From: Proteobacteria bacterium CG1_02_64_396
Lineage (GTDB): Bacteria; Pseudomonadota; MNWR01; CG1-02-64-396
DNA length: 64,000 bases
Assembly (NCBI GenBank): GCA_001872725.1
Contig: MNWR01000007.1
Span: 5,673-69,672, forward strand
Direction of reading: 5' to 3'
Positions 11,925 to 23,896 of the stretch are shown piece by piece (position 1 is the stretch's first letter; every line of letters starts with the position of its first letter). The notes below the pieces were generated by a model, which was not told where the DNA came from, did not search any database, and saw only the letters and a program-made list of their open reading frames with translations. Both the position numbers and the translations under genes were made by a program.

Positions 11925-11957
11925 TCGGGTCCAACCGGGACGATTCTGGAGAAAACG

Positions 11958-13457
11958 ATGAATAATGCGTTCCAGCTGCCCATCCTGAGCATCTCCATCT
12001 GGTTCCCCATTCTTATGGGGATCCTGCTGATGGCGTTGGTGCGGGGTAACGGGGAGGCGGCCAAACGGAATGCTCGTTGGATGGCGCTGATTATTTCCAT
12101 CTTCGAGTTTCTGATCACCCTGCCACTGGTCTTGAAGTTTGACCGGAGTACCTCGGCCTTTCAGTTTGAGGAGTCCGCTCAGTGGATTCCCGATTACGGG
12201 ATCAACTATGTCCTGGGGGTTGATGGCATCTCGGTGATGTTCATCCTGCTGACCTCGTTCGTGACCATCTTTGCTATCCTGGCCTCGTTAGAGGTTATCC
12301 AGGATCGGGTGAAGGAGTTCATGGTCTCCTTCCTGATTATGGAAGGGTTGATGATCGGGGTTTTTGCCGCCCTCGACGCCGTGATCTTCTACATCTTCTG
12401 GGAGGCGATGCTGATCCCGATGTTCATCATCATCGGGGTCTGGGGTGGGCCGAAGCGTATCTACGCAACGGTGAAGTTCTTCCTCTACACCTTCGCCGGT
12501 TCGGTTTTGATGCTGGTCGCCTTGATGTACATGTACTTCCAGGCGGGTCAGACCATGTCGATTCCCGCCTTGATGGATGTGCCGCTAACCCTGACCGAGC
12601 AATGCTGGTTGTTCGTCGCGCTGCTGATCGCTTTCGCGGTTAAGGTGCCGATGTTCCCGGTCCATACCTGGTTGCCCCATGCCCACGTTCAGGCCCCTAC
12701 CGCCGGTTCGGTAATCCTGGCGGCGATCATGCTGAAGATGGGCGGATACGGCTTCCTGCGGTTCTCGCTGCCGATGTTCCCCGATGCGTCGACCTATCTG
12801 GCTGACGTGGTCATCGTGTTGTCGCTGATCGCTGTCATCTACACCGCTTACGTGGCGATGATGCAGACCGACATGAAGCGGCTGGTGGCCTATTCCTCGA
12901 TTTCGCACATGGGGATCGTCACCCTCGGTTTCTTTGTGTTCACCCAGCAGGGGATCGAGGGTGGGATCATGCAGATGATCTCCCACGGTTTTGTTTCGGC
13001 AGCGCTGTTCTTGATCGTCGGGGTGATGTACGACCGGCTCCACACCCGTGAAATCGGGGCCTACGGTGGCGTGGTCAACTCCATGCCCGCTTTTGCTGCC
13101 CTGGCGATGGTCTTTTTCATGGGTAACGTCGGGCTTCCCGGTACCACCGGGTTCGTCGGCGAAATCATGGTGCTGATCGGCACCTTCCAGGTGAACAAGT
13201 TGGCGGCGGTTCTGGCGACCACGACGTTGGTGCTTTCGGCGATGTATACCCTGTGGTTGTTCAAACGGGTGCTCTTCGGCGACATCGTCCACGAAGGGGT
13301 CCGTACCCTGAAGGATCTCAGCACCCGCGAGTGGTGGGTTTTGGCCCCGCTGGCCGTCGTCACCATCTATTACGGTCTGTTCCCCAACGCCATCTTCGAC
13401 ATCATGCACGTCTCGGTGGAGCACCTGATCGATCAGGTTGCCACCGGCAAAATGTGA
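11958..13457 (+). CDS. nuoM: NADH-quinone oxidoreductase subunit M
   Basis: A 499-aa antiporter-like subunit (ND4 family). Confidence 0.9.
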   Translation: MNNAFQLPILSISIWFPILMGILLMALVRGNGEAAKRNARWMALIISIFEFLITLPLVLKFDRSTSAFQFEESAQWIPDYGINYVLGVDGISVMFILLTSFVTIFAILASLEVIQDRVKEFMVSFLIMEGLMIGVFAALDAVIFYIFWEAMLIPMFIIIGVWGGPKRIYATVKFFLYTFAGSVLMLVALMYMYFQAGQTMSIPALMDVPLTLTEQCWLFVALLIAFAVKVPMFPVHTWLPHAHVQAPTAGSVILAAIMLKMGGYGFLRFSLPMFPDASTYLADVVIVLSLIAVIYTAYVAMMQTDMKRLVAYSSISHMGIVTLGFFVFTQQGIEGGIMQMISHGFVSAALFLIVGVMYDRLHTREIGAYGGVVNSMPAFAALAMVFFMGNVGLPGTTGFVGEIMVLIGTFQVNKLAAVLATTTLVLSAMYTLWLFKRVLFGDIVHEGVRTLKDLSTREWWVLAPLAVVTIYYGLFPNAIFDIMHVSVEHLIDQVATGKM

Positions 13458-13477
13458 TGCGAGAGGAATAAGCTCCG

Positions 13478-14959
13478 ATGCCAAACGATTTTCCGATTCC
13501 GAGTCTTGCCCCCCTCGCCCCCGAGCTCTTTTTGCTGGCCGCGGCGTGCATCCTGCTGCTTGCCGATCTTTGGATCCCCAAGGATCGCAAGGGGATCACC
13601 GGTTACATTGCACTGGGGATCGTGGTCGTCGCTGCCGCCTTGACCCTGCTGCAATTTGGCGACCCGGCGGTGACCACCTTTGCCGCTCGCACCGGTGCAC
13701 AAGGGATGGTGGTGATCGACACCTTCTCCAATGTGTTCAAGATCATCCTCTACGGAGCGACGATCCTGACGATTTTGATCGGCATGGACTTCCTTGAGGC
13801 CGAAAAACAGCATCATGGCGAGTACTATGTGCTCTTGCTGTTCGCCCTGCTCGGCCTGATGTTCATGGTTTCGGCCAACGACCTGTTGGTGGTTTACCTT
13901 GGCCTGGAGCTCTCGGCATTGTCGATTTATGTGCTGGTCGGCTACTTCCGCGAAGAAAAGCGTTCCACCGAGGCCGCCCTGAAGTACTTCGTGCTCGGCT
14001 CGCTGGCATCCGGCTTTGTGCTTTACGGCATGAGCCTGATCTACGGCGCCACTGGGGCGACGATGCTGCCAAGCATTGCGGCGGCCATCGGCGGATTTGA
14101 AGGGCATCACCTCATCCTGAGCTTTGGGCTGGTTTTCTTCCTGGCCGGGTTCCTGTTCAAGATTTCGGCTGCCCCCTTCCACATGTGGACTCCCGATGCC
14201 TTCGAGGGGGCTCCCACTCCGATTACCGCGTTCATGGCGGTCGCCCCCAAGGCGGCAGCATTGGCGGTGATGATGCGGGTGCTGGTCGATGCGCTGCCCA
14301 GCATGTCGGATCAATGGAGCTCGATCTTGATGGTGGTGGCGGTGCTGACCATGTTTGTCGGCAACGTTGCGGCCATTGCCCAGACCTCGGTCAAGCGGAT
14401 GCTGGCCTATTCCTCCATCGCCCACATCGGTTTTGCGCTGTTGGGTTTGGTGGCGGCCAACGAGCTGGGCTATATGTCGGTTGTGCTCTACATGGTGGTC
14501 TACCTGCTGATGAACTTCGGCGCTTTCGGCGGGCTGATTATGCTGCGCCGAGGCCAGATCAGCGGCGAAAAGCTGGACGATTTCAGCGGATTGGCTGCCG
14601 AGCGTCCAGGTGTTGGTCTGATGCTGCTAATTCTCTTCTTCTCGTTGGCGGGGGTACCCCCCACCGTGGGCTTCATCGGCAAGCTCTACCCGATTCTTGC
14701 GGTGGTCCAGGCCGGTCACATCTACGTGGCGGTGCTGGCGGTGCTCGCCTCGGTGATCGGCGCTTTCTTCTACCTGCGGGTGGTGTGGTACATCTACTTC
14801 AACAAGCCCGAGGTGAAGTTCGAGAACGTCAACCTCTCCCCCGCCATGGCCGGTGTGATCGGTCTGTCGGCGGTGACGGTCCTGTGGTTTGGCATCGCGC
14901 CCTCCACCTTGGTCACCTTGTCGACTGCAGCGGTCAATGGCGGTTTGATTTTGCCTTGA
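13478..14959 (+). CDS. nuoN: NADH-quinone oxidoreductase subunit N
   Basis: A 493-aa antiporter-like subunit (ND2 family) and the last gene of the operon. Confidence 0.9.
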   Translation: MPNDFPIPSLAPLAPELFLLAAACILLLADLWIPKDRKGITGYIALGIVVVAAALTLLQFGDPAVTTFAARTGAQGMVVIDTFSNVFKIILYGATILTILIGMDFLEAEKQHHGEYYVLLLFALLGLMFMVSANDLLVVYLGLELSALSIYVLVGYFREEKRSTEAALKYFVLGSLASGFVLYGMSLIYGATGATMLPSIAAAIGGFEGHHLILSFGLVFFLAGFLFKISAAPFHMWTPDAFEGAPTPITAFMAVAPKAAALAVMMRVLVDALPSMSDQWSSILMVVAVLTMFVGNVAAIAQTSVKRMLAYSSIAHIGFALLGLVAANELGYMSVVLYMVVYLLMNFGAFGGLIMLRRGQISGEKLDDFSGLAAERPGVGLMLLILFFSLAGVPPTVGFIGKLYPILAVVQAGHIYVAVLAVLASVIGAFFYLRVVWYIYFNKPEVKFENVNLSPAMAGVIGLSAVTVLWFGIAPSTLVTLSTAAVNGGLILP

Positions 14960-14978
14960 GGCGGATGCAAGCGAGCCA

Positions 14979-15004
14979 AAAGGGGCCTTCGGGCCCCTTT
15001 TTTT
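14979..15004. terminator. Rho-independent terminator after nuoN, probably bidirectional and shared with convergent comM
   Basis: AAAGGGGCC-TTCG-GGCCCCTTTTTTT: a 9-bp GC stem with a 4-nt loop and a T-run on the + strand (A-run on the opposite strand). Confidence 0.6.
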
Positions 15005-15024
15005 ATGACCTCAAGCGGCGGTTG

Positions 15025-16551
15025 TTAGGGATTGGTGATGGAGGCAAGGGAGGCCTTGGGGCGGAATTGCAGCGCCTCGGCGATGTGGGTGGCGGTGATG
15101 CGTTCCTCTCCACTCAGGTCGGCCAGGGTCCAGGCAACTCGGATGAGCCGGTGCAGCGCTCTGCCCGAAAGGTGAAAGCGATGGGCCGCTTGAGTGAGTA
15201 ATCCCTTGGCTTCGGGGGCCAGCGGTTCGGGAAGCAACAGCTCGACCGGAACGGCGGCGTTGTTAAGCCCCGCGCCCCAACGCATTTGTTGACGTGCCCT
15301 GGCTTGGGTGATGAGGGGCAAGGGATCGGGTTCGTCGAGGTTGGCGCTTACCCCATCAAGCAGCTGTTCAGGCGGGATGCGGTTGACGGTGCAGAACAGA
15401 TCGATGCGGTCGAGGAAGGGGCCCGAGAGTCGCTGAGCGTAGCGGTCAACCTCGAAAGGGGCGCAGCGACAAGCGATCTGTTCGTCCCCCAGGTGGCCAC
15501 AGGGGCAGGGATTCATAGCGGCGACCAACTGAAACCGGCTGGGGAAGGTGACCCGCTGCGCCGACCGGGAGATCGTCACCTCCCCCCCCTCCAGCGGCTG
15601 TCGCAGCGCCTCCAAGGTGGAGCGGCGAAACTCCGGTAGCTCGTCCAAAAAAAGAATACCCCGATGTGATAGCGAGACCTCACCGGGTTGAGGGGGGTTG
15701 CCACCTCCGACCAGGGCGATGTCGGAGGCGGTATGGTGGGGGGCACGAAACGGGGGTTGGGTGGCGGTGGCGGGATCCAGCGCTATGCCCGCCGCCGAGC
15801 GGATTGCCAGCGATTCGATCAGCGGCTCGCCGCTCAAAGGGGGAAGCAGGTCGATCAAGGCGCGGGCCAGCAGGGTTTTGCCGGTGCCGGGGGGGCCGGA
15901 GAGCAGCAGGTTATGGCCCCCGGCGGCGGCCAAGGTGAGTGCCCGCTTGGCCATCAACTGCCCCCGGATATGTCCCAGGGGGTTCACCTCACCGAGCTCC
16001 CCTTCCGGAGAGAGGGCCTCTTGTCCAACCTCTTCGGGGGGCTCTCCCCGCACGATGAAGCCGACCGCATCACCCAAACTGCCCACCGGCTCGAAGGGGA
16101 GCCCCGCCACCAGGGAAGCCTCGAAGCGATTGGCCTGGGGCATGATGAGAATGCTACCGCGCCGCTGCGCCATCAAAGCGGCGGGTAGAATGCCCGGCAC
16201 CCCCCGCACCGAACCGTCCAGGGCCAGTTCGCCCGCGATGATCGCCCCCTGCAATCTCTTGGCGGGTAGGTGGCGAATGGCGGCGAGGAGTCCCAGCGCA
16301 ATGGGCAGGTCGAGCTGGCTTCCCTCTTTAACCAGATCGGCGGGGGCTAGATTGATCGTGATGCGCAGCGGCGGCAGGTCGACCCCGGTAGTGGTCAGGG
16401 CGCTGCGCAGTCGCTCGCGCGATTCGCGCACCGCCCGTTCGGCCAGCCCCACAATGGTGATGCCGACGACCCCACGGCTGGCGTGGACCTCGACGGTGAC
16501 CGGAACCGCCTGGGCTCCCTGCACAACGTAAGATTCGAGTTTGGCATACAT
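15025..16551 (-). CDS. comM: Mg-chelatase-related AAA+ protein YifB/ComM
   Basis: An N-terminal Lon-protease-like domain, then Walker A (LLSGPPGTGKTLLA), an AAA+ core and a C-terminal winged helix. 508 aa. Confidence 0.85.
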   Translation of the reverse strand: MYAKLESYVVQGAQAVPVTVEVHASRGVVGITIVGLAERAVRESRERLRSALTTTGVDLPPLRITINLAPADLVKEGSQLDLPIALGLLAAIRHLPAKRLQGAIIAGELALDGSVRGVPGILPAALMAQRRGSILIMPQANRFEASLVAGLPFEPVGSLGDAVGFIVRGEPPEEVGQEALSPEGELGEVNPLGHIRGQLMAKRALTLAAAGGHNLLLSGPPGTGKTLLARALIDLLPPLSGEPLIESLAIRSAAGIALDPATATQPPFRAPHHTASDIALVGGGNPPQPGEVSLSHRGILFLDELPEFRRSTLEALRQPLEGGEVTISRSAQRVTFPSRFQLVAAMNPCPCGHLGDEQIACRCAPFEVDRYAQRLSGPFLDRIDLFCTVNRIPPEQLLDGVSANLDEPDPLPLITQARARQQMRWGAGLNNAAVPVELLLPEPLAPEAKGLLTQAAHRFHLSGRALHRLIRVAWTLADLSGEERITATHIAEALQFRPKASLASITNP

Positions 16552-16581
16552 GGCAAAGTCCCTTTCGCCCTGGTCGGGGGG

Positions 16582-16830
16582 TTACGCCTGAGAACCACCC
16601 TCTTCCAGCGCTTTGAGCCGTTTTTCTAGCTCGGCGATGCGCCGAGTTGCCTGAGCCAACAGCGCCTGCTGCACCTCAAGCTCCTCGCGGGTGACGACAT
16701 CGAATTCCGACAGCTTCAGGGTGACAATCTGGCGAATGCGCCGCTCGATCTCGTCGCGGGTATCACCCAGGCGATCGAAGCCTGCGGCGATTCCCTTGAC
16801 CAGCTCGTCCAGCATGGGATTGGGAATCAT
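16582..16830 (-). CDS. ubiK: UbiK/YqiC (BMFP) family coiled-coil accessory protein
   Basis: An ~82-aa coiled-coil protein (…DELVKGIAAGF…LKLSEFDVVTREELEVQQALLAQATRRIAELEKR…). The start is the internal ATG at 16828–16830 (aa 28 of the listed ORF). Confidence 0.6.
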   Translation of the reverse strand: MIPNPMLDELVKGIAAGFDRLGDTRDEIERRIRQIVTLKLSEFDVVTREELEVQQALLAQATRRIAELEKRLKALEEGGSQA

Positions 16831-16844
16831 GAAAGCCTCTTGAA

Positions 16845-17183
16845 TCAGAAGGTCAGCGGTTTGCCGCCAAGAATATGCAGGTGGAGGTGGAACACGACCT
16901 GCCCCCCCCACTGATTAACGTTAACCACGGTGCGGTACCCCTTTTCGGCGATTCCCTGTTCACGCGCCATGCGGGCGGCGCAGGCCAGCATCGCCCCGAG
17001 CAGGACGGGATCACTGGCCGCCTCGTTGAGGGTCGGATGATGCGCCTTGGGCAGCACGAGCAGGTGGACCGGCGCCTTGGGGGCAATATCTTTGATGACG
17101 ACCAGACGATCATCCTCAAAGACCTTCTCACTGGGGATGGTCCCGGCGATGATACGACAGAAGATACAATCTTGATGGTCCAT
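16845..17183 (-). CDS. HIT-family (histidine triad) nucleotide hydrolase
   Basis: It has the CIFCRII…HxHxHxx motif (HLHLHILGG). The internal ATG at 17181–17183 gives ~112 aa. Confidence 0.8.
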   Translation of the reverse strand: MDHQDCIFCRIIAGTIPSEKVFEDDRLVVIKDIAPKAPVHLLVLPKAHHPTLNEAASDPVLLGAMLACAARMAREQGIAEKGYRTVVNVNQWGGQVVFHLHLHILGGKPLTF

Positions 17184-17256
17184 GGAATTCCTCTTGTGGA
17201 CGCGACCTACGATTCGAGGCGGTGACTGGTGCAAGTTGAGCTGATCGAGCGAGCCG

Positions 17257-18618
17257 ATGGCTGATACCCCGGAACAGATTTGGGATCAAGCCCGCAAGCT
17301 TCTACTCGACCGGATCGACCCCGATCAATTCGAGCGTTGGATCGCCCCAATCCAGCCCGCCATGACGGGCGACGCCCTGGAGCTTGCGGTCCCCAACCCC
17401 TTCTATCTGCGTTGGATCAAGGAGCGTTACCTGCGCCAGATCGAGCGCTGTCTAGAGGAGAGCGGCTGGGCCGGGGTGGTCGGGCTGGTGGTGGGGAGCA
17501 AACCAACCCCTGCGGCGCCCCCCCCAAAAAGGCAGGATAAGCCACCCAAGGCTAGCGAAAGAATGGAGCCGCGGGCCGCCCCCGTCCAGGAGTGGGACAG
17601 TGGCCTGAATCCTCATTTAACCTTCGATCGCTACGTCACCGGCCCCAGCAATTTGCTGGCAACCTCGGCGGCCCGAGCGGTCGCGCAACAGCCCGGTACC
17701 CTTTACAATCCCCTCTTTATTTGCGGCCCGGTCGGGATGGGGAAAACCCACCTGATTTCGGCTCTGGGCAACCAGATCAAGGCCAACTTCCCGACCTTCC
17801 GGGTGCTCTACGTCGGGGCCGAGACCTTTTTCAACGAATTGGTCCAGGCGATCCGCAACAACACCACCTTCGAGTTCAAGCAGAAGTACCGGCAGATGGA
17901 TGTGCTGCTGCTCGACGATGTGCATCTGTTTCCGGGGCGCGAAGGGATGCAGCAGGAGTTTTTTCATACCTTCAATGCCCTGTACGAAGGTAAGAAGCAG
18001 ATCATCATCTCCTCGGATCGTTATCCACAGGAGCTTGATCGTTTAGAAGACCGCATACGCTCCCGGTTTGCTTGGGGGCTGGTGGCCGATGTCAAACCGG
18101 CGGAGTACGAAACCCGGCTGGCGATCTTGACCCGCAAGGTTGATGAAGACCAAGTCGTTATCCCGCTTGAGGTGTTGAAGTTCATCGCGCTGAACATCAA
18201 AAGCAGCGTGCGCGAACTTGAAGGGGCCTACACCCGGGTACACGCCCATATGAAGATTCTCTCGATCACCCCGACGATCGAGGACGCCAAAACCTGGCTT
18301 GAAGACATCTTGCCCCGCGACAGCGATCCGGTTTCGGTGCGGCAGATTCAAAAGGTGGTGGCCGATTATTACCAGGTACGGATGAACGATCTGGTTTCGG
18401 CCTCCCGTAAAAAACGGATTACTCAACCCCGGCAGGTGGCGATGTTCCTGGCCAAGGAGCTGACCCGGGAGTCCTACCCCGACATCGGGCAGGAATTCGG
18501 CGGACGCAACCACGCTACGGTGATTCATTCGATCCGGGTGGTGCAGGGACGCATCAAAGAGGACTCCGCCTTCGGGGCGGAGATCGAACAACTCAGGCAG
18601 ATGATTATCGGCCGTTAA
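17257..18618 (+). CDS. dnaA: Chromosomal replication initiator DnaA
   Basis: Walker A (GPVGMGKTHL), the AAA+ domain and the C-terminal DnaA signature (…RQVAMFLAKELT…SYPDIGQEFGGRNHATV…). Confidence 0.93.
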   Translation: MADTPEQIWDQARKLLLDRIDPDQFERWIAPIQPAMTGDALELAVPNPFYLRWIKERYLRQIERCLEESGWAGVVGLVVGSKPTPAAPPPKRQDKPPKASERMEPRAAPVQEWDSGLNPHLTFDRYVTGPSNLLATSAARAVAQQPGTLYNPLFICGPVGMGKTHLISALGNQIKANFPTFRVLYVGAETFFNELVQAIRNNTTFEFKQKYRQMDVLLLDDVHLFPGREGMQQEFFHTFNALYEGKKQIIISSDRYPQELDRLEDRIRSRFAWGLVADVKPAEYETRLAILTRKVDEDQVVIPLEVLKFIALNIKSSVRELEGAYTRVHAHMKILSITPTIEDAKTWLEDILPRDSDPVSVRQIQKVVADYYQVRMNDLVSASRKKRITQPRQVAMFLAKELTRESYPDIGQEFGGRNHATVIHSIRVVQGRIKEDSAFGAEIEQLRQMIIGR

Positions 18619-18661
18619 GAGCCGACCGACCTGCCACACACACAACTCCATTGGGGGGAAC

Positions 18662-19825
18662 ATGGCGTCGATACTGACAATGACGGCAGGTAGGGAGCAG
18701 CTTCTTCCCTACCTCAATCTACTCAACAAAACTGCCGACATCCGCCATCCCAACCGGCTGCTCGGTTCGGTCTACATTGAGGTCATGGAGGGGGCTAGCC
18801 TGCGTATGACCGCCAGCAACGGCAGTCACAGCCTGCGGGTGGCCACGGTGGTCGAGATGGAAGGTGCCGGTAGCCCTGCCCCCTTCTGCGTCGATGCCGA
18901 CCTGCTCTACCGCCTGTTTTCGGGCATCCCCTCTGGCGCCACCGTGCAGCTTCACCTTGAGGGGGACGAAGCCGGACGGGTGAGCGGTGTCCAGCTGGGA
19001 TGGAGCGGCAACAAGGCCAAATATCGCATCGCCGCGATTTCTGGGGACCAATTCCCCGCCCTGGCTTATCCCGAAGAGGTCTTCGTCCGCGCCATCGAGC
19101 CGGCCGCTTTTGCCCAGATGCTGCGCACCGTCGGTTTTGCCATGATGAAGGATCCCAACCGGGAGGCCTTCCACGGTTCTTTGGTGCAGTTTGCCCAAGG
19201 CGGGGACCGGGTGGTGGCGACCAACATGCACCTGCTGGCGATGTCGCAGCGGGGTTTGGGGTTGAGTGACGAGGCGCAAATCCAATCGATTGTCCCCTAC
19301 AACGCGGTGGGAGAGATCGTCGCGGTGGGGGAGATGGCCAAAGAGGGGAGCGGTCGCGTTACCATGGACCAAGACCATCTGCTCTTTCGGGTCGAGCGGC
19401 AGGGCGACACCGTCGATTTCGTTACCTCGGTGGTCAACAAACCCTTCCCCGAGTTTCAGCACCTCTTCCCGGCGGGGGAGGCTAACCGGCTGCTGCTGTC
19501 ACGCGACGACCTCTACGATGCGGTTAAACGTTTGAAAATCCTCTACTCGGTCGACCACCCTGCCATTACCTTCGAGGCCCAAGGTGACCAATTGAGCATC
19601 CACGCTGTCTCGGCCCAGAACGACGAGGGGCAAGAGGTTCTCTCGTTGCTGGAATCGGCCCCCGAGGTGCGGATCTCGTTCAACGGCGACTATATTGCCC
19701 AGATCGTCGAGCGCATCGACGAGGCGACCGTGGAGCTGCGGTTTGCCTCGGTCACCGGCCCGACCTTGATTCGGGGGGCCGACAACGAAGACCGGCAGTT
19801 CATTTTGCAACCGCTCGAAATCTAA
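18662..19825 (+). CDS. dnaN: DNA polymerase III beta sliding clamp
   Basis: ~387 aa with three-domain clamp architecture, immediately downstream of dnaA. Confidence 0.88.
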   Translation: MASILTMTAGREQLLPYLNLLNKTADIRHPNRLLGSVYIEVMEGASLRMTASNGSHSLRVATVVEMEGAGSPAPFCVDADLLYRLFSGIPSGATVQLHLEGDEAGRVSGVQLGWSGNKAKYRIAAISGDQFPALAYPEEVFVRAIEPAAFAQMLRTVGFAMMKDPNREAFHGSLVQFAQGGDRVVATNMHLLAMSQRGLGLSDEAQIQSIVPYNAVGEIVAVGEMAKEGSGRVTMDQDHLLFRVERQGDTVDFVTSVVNKPFPEFQHLFPAGEANRLLLSRDDLYDAVKRLKILYSVDHPAITFEAQGDQLSIHAVSAQNDEGQEVLSLLESAPEVRISFNGDYIAQIVERIDEATVELRFASVTGPTLIRGADNEDRQFILQPLEI

Positions 19826-19887
19826 TCCCGGTTTTTCACCGCCATGAGGCACTGTCCCCCAGGAGGATTTTGGACCATGCGAGGTAA

Positions 19888-22308
<2,421 letters not shown>

Positions 22309-22312
22309 TCGC

Positions 22313-22342
22313 CCGCGGCGCCGGGATTACTCGGCGCCGCGG
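22313..22342. terminator. GC-rich perfect hairpin between gyrB and murJ (terminator/attenuator-like, no U-tract)
   Basis: CCGCGGCGCCG-GGATTACT-CGGCGCCGCGG: an 11-bp perfect stem with an 8-nt loop. Confidence 0.35.
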
Positions 22343-22348
22343 CCTTGA

Positions 22349-23887
22349 ATGGGGCAATCGGTACATATGGCCAAGGGGATCGGTCTTCGGGCCGTCATCG
22401 TCAGTCTGGGCACCCTGGCCAGTCGGATCCTCGGGTTTGTCCGCGATCTGGTCATCGCCCGCATCTTCGGGGCCGACGCCCTCACCGACGCCTTCTTCGT
22501 CGCCTTCCGCATCCCCAATCTGCTGCGCCGCCTCTTTGCCGAGGGGGCCTTCGCTGGCGCCTGGGTGCCGGTGTTATCGACCACAAAAACCCAGGAGGGG
22601 CTTGATTCCGCCTTCGCCCTGATCCGCAGCACCCTGACCTATCTGGCGCTGATCACCACCGCCATCACCCTGCTTTCTTGGGTCGCCATGCCCTGGGTGA
22701 TTGCCGTTTTTGCCCCCGGATTCGATGACCCCCACCAGTTCGACGAGGCGGTCGCCATGGGGCGGATCGTTTTCCCCTACCTGATCTTCATCGTGTTGGT
22801 CGCCGCCAGCGGCGGCATCCTCAACACCTTCGACCGCTTTGCCGTCCCCGCCTGGACCCCGATTTGGCTCAACGTGGCGATGATCGCCATGAGTTTTTGG
22901 GGTTTGGAGTGGTTTCCCGAACCGATCCACGCCCTGGCCTGGGGGGTGGTGATCGGCGGGTTTTTTCAGTTGGTCTTTCAGATTCGCCCCCTGCTGAAAC
23001 TCGGTTTGTCGCTGCGGCCCACCCTGGTGGTGCATAACGCCATGGGGCGGCTGCTCAAGCTGATGGCCCCCATGGCTTTCGGTGCCGGGGTCTACCAGAT
23101 CAACCTGCTGGTCTCGACCATGCTGGCCTCGCTGGTGGGGGCGGGGGCGATTTCGTGGCTCTACTACGCCGACCGGCTGCTGCAATTCCCGTTGGGGATC
23201 ATCGCCATTGCCATCGGCACGGCGGTGCTGCCCTTGATGAGCCGGGCGGCGGCAACGGGGAGCGAAGAGCTGCTGCGCGATCACTACCGCTCCGGGATGC
23301 ACCTGGTGCAGGTCTGGACCCTTCCCGCTGCGGTGGGTCTGGGGTTGTTGGCCGACCCGATTGTCCGGCTCTTGTTTGGTAGCGGTGCCTTCAATGCCCA
23401 GGCGGTGACCATGACCGCCTGGGCGCTGATCGCCTACGTCCCCGGTTTGGTGGCGTTATCGCTGGTCAAGGTGATGACCCCGGTCTTCTACAGCCACGAG
23501 CAGACCAAGCGCCCCACCGTGATCGGCATCGGAGTGATGATCGCCAACATGGCGATTTCGGTGCCGCTCATGTTGCTCTGGGGCCACATTGGGCTGGCGC
23601 TGGCGACCTCGATCTCGGGCTGGATTCAGGTGGTCTGGCTGTGGTGGGAGATCAACCGCGACTTCCCCCATTTGAAAACCTCCCCCCTGATTTTGATCGG
23701 CCACCTGCGTCCCTGGATCGGAACGGCGCTAATGGGGGCACTGGTACTGGTGGGGATGGGACGGGTGCATCTGGCGATTTTGATCCCGGTTGCCGGACTG
23801 CTTTACCTGGGTACTCTGCTGCTGTTGCGCGATCCCGCCCTCGATCTGCTCAAATCCAAGTTGCTCAAGGGAGCCCCGAGCCGCTAA
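22349..23887 (+). CDS. murJ: Lipid II flippase MurJ (MviN)
   Basis: A 512-aa polytopic protein with a MurJ N-terminal signature (…LGFVRD…IARIFGA…DAFFVAFRIPNLLRRLFAEGAF…). Confidence 0.88.
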   Translation: MGQSVHMAKGIGLRAVIVSLGTLASRILGFVRDLVIARIFGADALTDAFFVAFRIPNLLRRLFAEGAFAGAWVPVLSTTKTQEGLDSAFALIRSTLTYLALITTAITLLSWVAMPWVIAVFAPGFDDPHQFDEAVAMGRIVFPYLIFIVLVAASGGILNTFDRFAVPAWTPIWLNVAMIAMSFWGLEWFPEPIHALAWGVVIGGFFQLVFQIRPLLKLGLSLRPTLVVHNAMGRLLKLMAPMAFGAGVYQINLLVSTMLASLVGAGAISWLYYADRLLQFPLGIIAIAIGTAVLPLMSRAAATGSEELLRDHYRSGMHLVQVWTLPAAVGLGLLADPIVRLLFGSGAFNAQAVTMTAWALIAYVPGLVALSLVKVMTPVFYSHEQTKRPTVIGIGVMIANMAISVPLMLLWGHIGLALATSISGWIQVVWLWWEINRDFPHLKTSPLILIGHLRPWIGTALMGALVLVGMGRVHLAILIPVAGLLYLGTLLLLRDPALDLLKSKLLKGAPSR

Positions 23888-23896
23888 CGATCAGGA

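Noticed and set aside
17184-17256. oriC / DnaA-box cluster adjacent to dnaA
   Set aside because: The dnaA-flanking intergenic gaps are only 73 and 43 nt and contain no TTATCCACA-like boxes by eye. The only DnaA-box-like 9-mers are inside the gatB–hisIE inverted repeat, so no origin call was made.
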